From Chiloscyllium plagiosum (taxonomy: Eukaryota): DNA of 64,000 nt. The stretch spans positions 30,313,586-30,377,585 of the forward strand of contig NC_057736.1 in NCBI RefSeq assembly GCF_004010195.1, in the 5' to 3' direction. Every line of letters begins with the position of its first letter. The first letter of the stretch is position 1. The notes below the pieces were generated by a model. The model did not search any database, had not been told where the DNA came from, and was given only the letters and a program-made list of their open reading frames with translations. Positions 13,801 through 24,466 of this stretch are shown here, one piece after another. The position numbers and the translations under genes are program-made.

Positions 13801-14540
13801 TCTTTATGCACAGAAGATCAACCACTCTAGCTGCTGGGTATGTGCCCATATCCGCATCCATCCCGAACTCTCACCAAGTGAGCCCTTGTGGAATTTGAGT
13901 GACTTGCAGCTTTCGTTTCCTCTGTCTTTGGAACTGCTTAGCTAGAAATCAAAGTAACCCCGCAGACAATCCTGTGTTCGGTTCAGTTCACTGTTGTGGC
14001 CCTCCTCTCCAGCGATCTCACAGATGCCTACATTTTCCCCTTCCTGACAAAACCCCCAATGATATTTCCCAGTTGCTGGAGTCTTCGGCCCCTTTTCTTA
14101 CTGAACCAGAGGACTATTTGTCCAATCTCCAACCACCACCCCTGACAATCCCCCAGCTCTGAGTACATTCACCCTTTTGCTGACAGTCCTAATTTGTCCT
14201 TTCAAAAAAAGAGGAGGGATCGTGGGAGAAATTGACCAAAATTGACACAAAACTATGTGGTAGCCATTTTTGTCACAAAGCAATGTTTGCAGTAAAATGT
14301 AGCCTGCTAGAATAGTGCTGTTCGAACCCTGGCTGAGACATTCTGTTTTGATAGCCTGATCTTGCAGCTGCAGGCTATCTCTGCTCCTCAGGCCAATAGA
14401 TAGTTCTGGAAACAGACAGCCTGAAATTTGTACCAAGCACTAAAAAGAGAGATATGATCCTAAAGTAACAGAGACAAATGATAAGGACGAGAATATGTTT
14501 TGCAAAATCCTAGGAAATCAAACAAATTCTTTGAGCCGTA
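7855..14540 (+). mobile_element. Internally deleted endogenous retrovirus (gamma/epsilon-like): 5' LTR 7855-8408, PBS 8411-8428, RNase H relic ~13020-13270, integrase C-terminus plus env start ~13500-13900, PPT 14204-14219, partial 3' LTR from 14221
   Basis: Direct repeats begin (t/c)gtgggagaaattgaccaaaattgacacaaaac at 7855 and 14221. The LTR ends ...taaCA followed by TGGCATAGCCGACAGGA. There is a polypurine tract aaaaaaagaggaggga. Peptide relics: ACILAKGKSANI-TDS, GALWEHRGFLTS, DAAAKQAA (RNase H); EPRWKG...AVRVKG...THTSQCKRAP (integrase C-terminus); NHSSCWVC (env SU CXXC). Confidence 0.85.
8686..11200 (-). mobile_element. CR1 LINE (endonuclease-RT ORF2, ~2.5 kb) nested in the ERV
   Basis: ORFs 9063..10013, 8767..9225, 10170..10658 and 10692..11156 carry DFNFPNIDW, ILDLVL, SDHNCLTF, QHGF, SCLTNL, YMDFSKAFDKV, GVPQ and FADDT; (agaacat)n tail at ~8686-8705. 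Confidence 0.95.
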
Positions 14541-14544
14541 CAAA

Positions 14545-16975
14545 GTTAAAAATCAGAGCTGAAAGATGTGTTGCTGGAAAAGCGCAGCAGGTCAGGCAGC
14601 ATCCAAGGAGCAGGAGAATCGACGTTTTGGGCATAAGCCCTTCTTCAGGGCATTCATAAAGCAGGGCTTATGCCCGAAACGTCGATTCTCCTGCTCCTTG
14701 GATGCTGCCTGACCTGCTGCGCTTTTCCAGCAACACATTTTTCAGCTCTGATCTCCAGCATCTGCAGTCCTCACTTTCTCCAAAAGTTAAAAATCACACA
14801 ACAACAGGCTATCGTCCAACAAGTTTATTTGGAAGCACTAACTTTCGGAGCGCCGCTCCTCTGCAGTCCTCACTTTCTCCAAAGTTAAAAATCACACAAC
14901 AACAGGCTATCGTCCAACAAGTTTATTTGGAAGCACTAACTTTCGGAGCGCCGCTCCTTCATCAGGTGGTTGTGGAGGTTACAATTGTAAGGCACAGAAT
15001 TTATAGCAAAAATTTACAGTGTGATGTAACTGAAATTATACATCGAAAAATACCTCGATTGTCTGTTGAGTCTTTCATCTGTTTGAATATCATGATAGTT
15101 TCACTTCTTTCATGTGTAAATCACAAAACTGTTTTAAAAGTTGCATTCTCAGGTTATCTATAACAATTGGTGTTAGCTAGACAATATGTTGAAGGTTTTG
15201 GCCCCCTGTGTTCTCTGTCTATGCTATGATGTTTCATGCCTTCCAAAGGTACACAAAGCCAACACACCAGGACATCCCATCATATCAGGCAATGGGACCC
15301 TGTGTGAGAATCTCTCCAGCTATGTTGAAGGCATCTTGAAACCTATTGTACTGGGGATCCCCAGCTTTCTGTCGTGACACTACGGATTTCTTACAGAAAC
15401 TCAGCACCCATGGACCAGTCGAACCAGGAACATTCCTCGTCACAGTGGATGTTTCAGCACTCTACACCAGCATCCCCCACAATGATGGCATTGCAGCAAC
15501 AGCCTCAGTACTCAACACCAACAACTGCCAATCTCCGAACACCATCCTACAAATCATCCGCTTTATCCTCGATCAAGTCTTCACCTTTGACAACCAGTTC
15601 TTCATCCAGACACATGGAACAGCCATGGGGACTAATTTGCACCCCACTACGCCAACATCTTCATGCACAGGTTCGAACAAGACTTCTTCTCTACACAGGA
15701 CCTCCAACCAACATTATACACCAGGTACATTGACAACATTTTCTTCCTCTGGACCCATGGTGAGGAGTCACTGATGAACCTACACAGTGATACCAACAAG
15801 TTTCATCCCACTATCAAAATCACCATGGACTACTCTTGACTATCTATCTCATTCGTGGACACATGCATCTCCATCAAAGATGGACACCTCAGCACCACAC
15901 TGTACCGCAAACCCACAGACAACCTCACAATGCTACACTTCTCCAGCTTCCACCCAAAACATATTAAAACAGCCATCCCCTATGGACAAGTCCTATGCCT
16001 ACACCGGATCTGCTCAGATGAGGAGGAACGTGACAGGCATCTGGAAGTACTCAAGGATGCCCTCACATGAATGGGGTACAATGCACAACTCATCGACCGC
16101 CAGTTCCGATGTGCCACAGCAAGGGACCGTAATGACCTCCTCAGGAGACAGACACGTGCTGCAACTGACAGGGTACCCTTCGTTGTTCAATCCTTCCGAG
16201 GGGCTGAAAAATTACGCCATGTTCTTTGTGACCTGCAAAACATTATCAAAGAGGATGAGCACCTCACCAAGTCCTTCCCCACACCTCCACTACTTGCCTT
16301 TAAACAACCACCAAACCTCAAACAGATCGTTGTTCGTAGCAAGCTGCCCGGCTCCCAGGACAACTCCATACAACCCTGTCACGGTAGATGCTGCAAGACG
16401 TGTCAGAGTGTGGACATAGGTACCACCATTCAATTACAGAAATGTAGCTCAATGATGGACAGGACTGGCAGCTTAATGTTCAAGGATACAAATGTGTGTG
16501 TGTGTGTGTGTGTAATGCAGGGGGGTTACCTGTACTGTGACATAAACCAAAGTTCCCAGTTGAGGCTATCCCCATACACTCACACAGACCCTCTCTCATA
16601 CACAAGCTCTCTGATACGCACACACATACACTCCCACACTCACACATGCACCCCCTCACAGACTTAAGACACTCTACACTCACTACACACACATATACAC
16701 TCTCTCTCACAGACACTCACAACCCCCCACCCCAGACACACACACACACTCCCACTCCCACACTCACACATGCAACCCATCCCAGATTTAAGACACTCTA
16801 CACTCACATACACACACATATACACTCTCTCTCACACTCGCAACCCCCAACACAGACAGACAGACAGACACATACACACACACACACACATATACATATA
16901 TTTTGTGGGGTGAATTTGTACTTGCAGAGTTACATTGTACTTTGCTCAAAAACTGCATGAATTCATGTAAAACTC
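14545..16975 (+). mobile_element. Penelope-like element: RT/linker ~15230-16430, inverted pLTR-derived pieces at 14552-15230, CA-rich 3' region
   Basis: LPKVHKANTPGHPIIS, DVSALYTSIPH, QTHGTAMG, LYRKPTD, SFHPKHIKTAIPYGQ, PPLLAFKQPPNLKQIVVRS and CHGRCCKTC are Penelope RT/GIY-YIG linker motifs; reverse hammerhead motif at 14933-14968. Confidence 0.9.
16493..16900. repeat. (GT)n and degenerate (CA)n microsatellite-rich tract
   Basis: Visible tgtgtg and cacaca runs. Confidence 0.85.
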
Positions 16976-17989
16976 ATGTAGAAGGGCAGTGCCTACCTGA
17001 CCCTCCAAGATAAGATGAGAAAGAAACTGCTCACAACCTTTTTACTAAAGATGCTAATAGCAGATGTAACCATAAAACTTTCCATATAAGTAACTTTATA
17101 TTGGAACTAATATAATGAATAATATAACAACTAGTAAACTCTAATCTCCTTTAGTATCTTCTGTGATGAGGAAAGTGGGAAAGATAAGCTGACTGACAGA
17201 ATTTGATAGGGATAGCAATAAATACAATGAATTTGAGCAGTCCTTGGAGATAAGCGAGTCTGGGAAATGTGTGAGAAAAGAGTATAATTAATGCAATGCA
17301 ATACACTATACTATCCTAAGGCCTGATGGTATGATGTCCGGTAAACATCATAAGGTCATGGGTAATTTAGGGCTATCCATACGAGTGTCCATCATTGATC
17401 AAGTGTTTCACAGGATTGGATGTATAGATTCAGTGGGAAGGAATAATGACAATGTTGCATATAATTATTGTAACGCACAATGTATAAAAATGTTGTATCT
17501 CACTGGGGCAATTAAAGCGTCATTGACCTCTCTTCTGATCGGAACTGGATTTAAGAGGGCAACTTGTGCTCTTGCAGTTGCTGAATAAAAGCGGCTATTT
17601 CTGCCATTCATTGATTTCAATCATTATTTGAACACAATCCCACAACTTGGCATAGTCAGCAGAGTCACTGGCGACACCGTCTAAAGTGACCGGTCATGAG
17701 TCATGATCTAGTCACTGAATGTGAGCCCAAACTTCTCCTGAGTTGGCTACTTCATTTCGAATTTCCCGTGTCCAAACCCCAGATTGGCTAACATAGTCTA
17801 TGGCAGGGAATTGCACTCAACACGCAAAATAAGGTGTTCATGGGTGACCCCTGGAAACTGCCCTACAATGTCCAGAGATGGGCTAACCCCTTCCTGACAT
17901 AACTGAGGAAGAAATGCAGAGGCAGTTGCAGAAGTACCTTGAGATACGTTTCTCATCAGGGAAGACCCTAACCAAAATTGTGCAGAAGT

Positions 17990-18309
17990 GGGCGGCACGG
18001 TGGCACAGTGGTTAGCACCGCTGCCTCACAGCGCCTGAGACCCGGGTTCTATGCCCGCTTCAGGCGACTGACTGTGTGGAGTTTGCACATTCTCCCCGTG
18101 TCTGCGTGGGTTTCCTCCGGGTGCTCCGGTTTCCTCCCACAGTCCAAAGATGTGCAGGTCAGGTGAATTGGCCATGCTAAATTGCCCATAGTGTTAGGTA
18201 AGGGGTAAATGTAGGGGTATGGGTGGGTTGCGCTTCGGCAGGTCGGTGTGGACCTGTTGGGCCGAAGGGCCTGTTTCCACACTGTAATGTAATCTAATCT
18301 AAAAAAAAA
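17990..18309 (+). mobile_element. HE1-like tRNA-derived shark SINE
   Basis: gggcggcacggtggcacagtggttagca (A box), B-box-like region, LINE-like tail ending (taatc)n and poly-A; near-identical copies at 55691 and 63640. Confidence 0.9.
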
Positions 18310-18504
18310 GTATAATATGCCCCAAGGACAGTGGACCGTGGATGACATGAAAAGGTTGGGGGAAAAGTCTAGACACTCTATTACCATCAGAAGTAACAGC
18401 CAGCACTTAGTACATGTTGTAACCCATTTCCTGTCTCCCAGGACAGAAGCCCCTCAAACCTTTGTGTACTATAGATATAACAATGTAACACCATAATAGT
18501 TCAA

Positions 18505-18825
18505 AGTTTGGGAGAAGATTTGTAGCTTGGGTGCTCGTTGCTGTTGTTCTGTTCGCCGAGCTGGAAGTTTTTGTTGCAAACGTTTCATCCCCTGTCTAGG
18601 TGACATCCTCAGTGCTTGGGAGCCTCCTGTGAAGCGCTTCTGTGGTGTTTCCTCCGGCATTTATAGTGGCCTGTCCCTGCCGCTTCTGGTTGTCAGTTTC
18701 AGCTGTCCGCTGTAGTGGCCGGTATATTGGGTCCAGGTCGATGTGTTTGTTGATGGAGTTTGTGGATGCGTGCCATGCTTCTAGGAATTCCCTGGCTGTT
18801 CTTTGTTTGGCTTGCCCTATAATGG
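18505..18825 (-). mobile_element. Penelope-like 3' fragment
   Basis: Reverse hammerhead-like CTGAGGA...GAAACGTT near 18577-18612, within an element-like segment inserted in ERV2. Confidence 0.5.
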
Positions 18826-19364
18826 AATTTTAGTAGTGGAATTTTAATATCTGTAAGAACTGTGTATATAGGGGCTCTTTTAAGAACGGTATTTCACAAT
18901 TCTTTTGCCACCTCAAACTTGTGCCCTTGTAGTTGCTAAATAAAAAAGATTATTTCCACCATTCACTAATTTCAGTCGTTATTCGAATATGATGCCACAC
19001 ATGACAGTGTCTTCTTTCTCTGTCACACTCATTTCCTCCAGTGCCTCAAGGCACAGCTGGAGGGGAGTTGGAAGAGCTGGGAGATAGACCGTCATGTCGT
19101 GGGATAAGGTGTAATATCTTAATACGACTAATTTAATATCCTTCTTCTTCAACAAAGATTTTATAGTTCAGATATCCATCTTAGCTTCCATGTTAAGGGT
19201 CAACACGTGACGTGAGCAAAGCCATGGGTCTTCGCAAATTGTTGAAAGCAGTCACTGGTGATCTACAGGGCTACAGGGTTACCATGCGTGGCAATAATTT
19301 CCTTAAGCCATGTAAAACACAGCAGCCAAGGCAAAGAGATCCATCCTGAGGCTTTACTATTGTC

Positions 19365-19780
19365 TTGGAGGTAGTAAGGACTGCAGATGCCAGAAAGCCA
19401 GAGTCAGTAAAATGTGGAGCTAGAGAAAGCACGGCAGGTGAGCACGGCAGCATCAGAGGAGCAGGAAAGATGCAGGAGATGCTTCAGACAGAACCCTTCA
19501 TCAGGACACGTGGCTACCATTGGGAGGTGTTGACTTGTTGTGGATGGAGCGGCAAACATCCAGGCAAGTGGGGAGTATTTCATTACAGTTCAAAAGCGTG
19601 GTGCTGGATGATCGCAACCGGTCAGGCAGCATCCAAGGGGCAGGAGAGTTGACATTTCGAGCATAAGATTTTCATCATGATGAAGAGCTTATGCTCAAAC
19701 AGTCAACTCTCCTGCTCCTTGGATGCTGCCTGACCGGCTGTGCTTTTCCAGCACCCACGCTTTTCAAATCTGATCTCCAA
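19365..19780. mobile_element. Penelope-derived short elements with inverted arrangement
   Basis: ggactgcagatgc...aggcagcatccaagg motif and its reverse complement around a hammerhead-like core at ~19650-19705. Confidence 0.6.
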
Positions 19781-19784
19781 TGAA

Positions 19785-21990
19785 ATACTGCAATTGTACC
19801 AGCCTCCAACACTTCCTCTGGCAGTTCATTCCATACACGTACCACCCTCAGCGTGAAAAAGTTGCCCCGTAGGTCTCTTTTATATCTTTCTCCTCTTACC
19901 CTAAACATATGCCCTCTAGTTCTGGACTCCCCAACCCCAGGGAAAAGACTTTGCCTATTTACCCTATCCATGCCCCTCATAATTTTGTAAACCTCTATGA
20001 AGTCACCCCTCAGCCTCCAACGCACCAGAGAAAACAGCCCCAGCCTGTTCAGCCTCTCCCAATAGCACAAATCCTCCAACTCTGGCAACATCCTTGTAAA
20101 TCTTTTCTGAATTCTTTCAATCTTTACAACATTTTCCTATAGCAGAGAGACCAGGATATTTTGAGGAACAAGATGATAGAACACAGTACATAGAGCATGT
20201 CAATGCAGTACAGGCCCTTCAGCCCTCGATGCTGTGCCAGATGTTTATCCTACTCTAAGATCACACTAACCTACAAAACCTTCACTGTATTACTTTCCAC
20301 GTGCCTATTCAAGAGTTGCTAAAATGCCGCTAATATATCTGACTCCACTACCACTGCTGGCAGTGCATTCCACACACCCACCACTCTCTGCATCAAGAAA
20401 TTACCCATGACATCTCCTCTAAACCTTCCTTCAATTACCTTCAAATTATGCCTCCCCAGTTGACATTTCCGCCATGGGGTAAAGTCTCTGGCTATCCACT
20501 CTATATCTTGTATATAATCTTGTACACCTTTATCAAGTCACCTCTTCTTTGCTCCTATAAGAAAAGCTCTAAACTCCCTCAACCTTTCTTCATAAGACAT
20601 GCCCTCCAGTCCAGGCAGCATCCTGGTAAATTTCCTCAGCACCTTGTCTAAAACTTACACATCTTTCCTATAATGAGATGACCAGAACTGAACACAATAT
20701 TCCAAGTGTAGTCCAACCAGGGTCCTACAGAGCTGCAGCATAACCTTGTGGTTCTTAAATTCAATCCCCCTACTAATAAAGCCAACAAATCATACACTTT
20801 CTTAACAACTCTATCAACTTGGGTGGCAACTTTGAAGGATCTTTGGACATGTATCCCAAGATTCCTCTGCTCCTCCACACTACCAAGAATCCTGCCTTTA
20901 ACCCTGTAATCTGCATTCAAATTTGTCTTTCCAAAGTGAATTACTTCACACTTTTCCAGGTTTTACTCCATCTGCCACTTATCAGCCCAGCTCTCCATCA
21001 TGTCAATGTCCTGTTGCATCTAAAACAACCCTCTACACTATCAACAACTCCACAAACCTTTGTGTCATGGACAAACTTACTAACCCACCCTTCCACTTCT
21101 TCATCCCAGTCATTTATAAAAATCACAAAGAGCAGAGGTCTCAGAACTGATCCCTGAGGAACACCACTGGTCACCGAGCTCCAGGCTAAATACTTTCCAT
21201 CTACCACCACCCTCTGTCTTCTATCGGCCAGCCAATTCGGTATCCAGACATGTAAATCTTCCTACATGCCATGCCTCCTTACTTTCTGAATGACCTACCA
21301 TTGGCAACCTTATCAAACGCCTTGCTAAAATCCATTTACACCATACCCACTGCTCTACCTTCATCAACGTGTTTGTCACATCCTCAAAGGTTTGTGAGGC
21401 ATGACCTGCCCTTCACAAAGATATGTTGACTATCTCTAATCAAACTATGGTTTTACAAGCAATCATAAATCCTGTCTCTCAGAATCCTCTCCAATACTTT
21501 GCACACCACTGACATAAGACAGGCTGGTCTTTAATTCCCAGGATTATCCCTCTTCCTTTCTTTGAACAAGGGAATAACATTTGCCACCCTCTAATCATCT
21601 GGCACTACTCCAGTGGACAGTGAGAACACAATGACCATCGCCAAAAGTGCAGCAATCTCTTCCCTCGCGTCCTGTAAAACCTAGGGTATATCCCGCCTGG
21701 TCCTGGATGGATAAGGATTTATCTATTCGATTGTTTTTCAAAATTTTCAGCACATCTTCTTGCCTAACATCAACCTGTTCTAGCATATCAGTTGGTTTCA
21801 TGCTGTCCTCAGAAACACCAAGGTCCCTCGCTGTAGTGAATACTGAAGCAAAGTATTCATTAAGGACCTCCCCTACTTCCTCCGACTCCAGGCCCAAGTT
21901 CCCTCCACTATCCCTGATCAGCCTTACCCTCACTCTGGCCATCCTCTTGTTCCTCACCTAAGTGTAGAGTGCTTAGGGTTTTCTCTTTCC
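19785..21990 (-). mobile_element. Two CR1 LINE ORF2 fragments (19785-20150 and 20175-21990)
   Basis: Minus-strand RLRGDFIEVYKIMRGMDRVN, SGVPQGSVLRPLLFVIFIND and LNEYFASVFT. Confidence 0.9.
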
Positions 21991-22996
21991 TATGAGTCAT
22001 ATCAATCATCCACTGCATCAAGTTGATCACAGTACACTATAATAAATTTAAACACTTAATTGGAAACAATCAGAGACACTTTGTAGCTCAACATACTTCT
22101 GCATGCAGAGGAAAAGTTGAACTGAAATGATTTGAATTGAACATATTTGGATGATACTGTTTAGAACAATATAGTTGGAAATAAGGTGGGGAAGATGTTG
22201 GGTTTAAAAATAATTAATTTGTATTTGATTGAGTCTGCCTGCTCGTTGATCTTTGTACTTGTATAGGATTGATTCAGTCTGTGGAATGAGTCATCTGACT
22301 GAATTCTGTATACTCAAAGAAACTCAAGGAGCATTCAGCTTGGCTGCTGAGTACATCGATATTGTCAAAGGATACTGACGTTTCTGTAAGTTTCACTCGG
22401 TTTAATATTCTGTAAATAAGCTGTTGTGATTTTGAACTACAGTTAGATCAGGGGCTTGCTGGACTTTTATCTCAAAAATTAGATTCTGTTTATATTTAAT
22501 TTCTGCCATTTTTACAAAAGAAATACAAAATGATGACCTGGCAGGATTAGGAGCTGAATTTAACAATCCCCTGCCTATTTTTTGAAGAGTGAGGTGGTGG
22601 GACTTTCACTGAATTCAGCAGGCTTTATTCTGAATATGTTTTGTTCTGAATCAACCTCTCCAGGGATATATGATTAAAGGATGCATCTTGGAACAGATGG
22701 AACTCGGTCCTGGGATCTAGGCTCAGTAGTAGAGGCACCAATGTGACACAACATTTTTTTAATTCACTTGTGTTATGTAGCAGACCAGACCCGCTCAAAA
22801 TACTTTAAGACGGTAGCCTAGACCCTAACCTTTTCTTATTCTAGAAGTGAAGTGCCGTGTTCCAGATGCATTGTGGCTGGTCAGACTACAAAACATAATT
22901 TATTTAAACACTTTGGTTAAAATACGAACAAAAGCAAGAAGGGTTTAGAATAACTTAACTATTGTAAAATTTAACTGATTGGTAGATAAAGTATCT

Positions 22997-23216
22997 ACAG
23001 TCGGTTCTTTCATAACACAATAATTCCATTCTTGTGCAATCCCGTGTTATAAGAAAATCTCATAATAGGAGCAAGATTTAAACTAATGGGGGCAGAATCA
23101 CGTTATAATGAATACACGCTTTAAATGTTCACGCTTTAAAAAGTGTCCCTGATTTGTCAATCGTGTTATAGTAAATTCACATTAACGAAATGTGCCTTAT
23201 AACAAAATGACCTGTA
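22997..23216. mobile_element. Possible TcMar/Tigger-like MITE within an LTR-like repeat (~22777-23390)
   Basis: TA-CAGTCGGTTC...GACCTG-TA ends with imperfect terminal inverted repeats and internal gttata repeats. Confidence 0.35.
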
Positions 23217-24466
23217 TTACTAATTAACTGTTGCAATATAATTACATCCCATAAACACACCCCTTGGCAAAAAGGCAAATTCAGACACAGATTCTCACAT
23301 GCAGGAGGAAAAAACATCGAGTAAATCCAGAGAGTGTAGCAGCGAGAAGATATTCACTCCTTCTCCAACTCTTTTAAGACCCCACCTGTAGACAAATTGA
23401 TGCCATTAAGTCAGCAATTATTGTTCATCCTCAAGCCTACAGGACTTTACTGTTTGCAGATGATGCCTACACAAATGATCAACAGGTTTTTCTGTGTGCT
23501 TGATGGTATACTGGAGGATCTTTCTTAATTGAACACTTGAGCCTGTCAAAAGGAATCCTCTCTTCCCTAAGGTTTTACCTTCCTTATCCTAATGGTCTAC
23601 CAAGCCACAACCCTCACCCCTGTTGCTGCAGCTTGCCAGCTCAACCCACAGTGAGACCCCTAAACAGAGACTAATTGATCTTGTGTCACACACCTCGGTT
23701 TCAAGTTGCTGGATTTTCCAGCAGCTGATGATTCCCTGGGCCCCTCCCCACCCACAACCAACCTTTCAGCTTTTGAGGAAATCCAGTGCTCTGTATCATT
23801 CAGTCCCAGCTGTTAATTAGGACTTAGGTGGTGGAGCTTTTGCCTCTCAGTCAGAAAACTGAGGTTTGAGGTCCCATATCATAAAGATCAAAGCTGAGAG
23901 TCTAGTGCTGCTAAAATTGTCAGACGCACCTTCTCTTGAATGAGATGTGAAGACGTAGCCCCACTGATCCTGTCAGGTGTACAGAAATGATCCCATCACC
24001 ACAGGATTATTTTGAGGAGGATCATGGGTGTTACTTGCAACATTTTGGTCACTGGGCATCTCTCAGCCACTATCATAAAATCAAATTACCTGGTCATTTT
24101 TGCTTTGCTGTTTGCGGGATCTTGCTGTGCACAAGACTGAGTGCTGTGTTTCCTTTTATTGCAATAGTGGCCGCACTTCAAAAGAACAATATTGGCTGTA
24201 CGGGATGTTTCTGATTGATGTGAAAGGAGTAATGTAAATGCAAGCCTTCCATTCTGGATAATCGTACCAACGTCATTAACAAAAGGCAATGGGTCAAATG
24301 ACAAACAAAAGTCGGGCAGGGGAAGGGGACTGTTGACTGGGGGGGCAGGAGGTGTGCAGGAAAGATAATGTATTGACAGTACTTACTCGACAGTGAGATT
24401 GATTGGTTTGAGAGTTTCACATGAGTCCTTTACTCAGTTTACAGAGTGAATATCAGCACACTATCC

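Larger units (their letters stand above)
16977..18999 (+). mobile_element. Second LTR/ERV remnant: 5' LTR ~16977-17644, PBS 17648-17665, partial 3' LTR ~18850-18999
   Basis: ...cccaCA-act-TGGCATAGTCAGCAG (tRNA-Ser-like PBS). The LTR 3' end aacttgtgctcttgcagttgctgaataaaa...cccaca (17561-17644) recurs as aacttgtgcccttgtagttgctaaataaaa...gccaca (18917-18999). The 5' boundary is uncertain. Confidence 0.6.

Noticed and set aside
13502-13945. Domesticated env/syncytin-like gene
   Set aside because: The ORF fuses an integrase tail to a short env start and ends soon after CWVC; no furin site, fusion peptide or TM domain is seen.
16436-16960. His/Thr-rich and Cys/Val-rich ORFs
   Set aside because: Translations of (CA)n/(GT)n microsatellites.
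17990-18070. tRNA gene
   Set aside because: The tRNA-like head continues into a SINE body and tail and recurs at 55691 and 63640.
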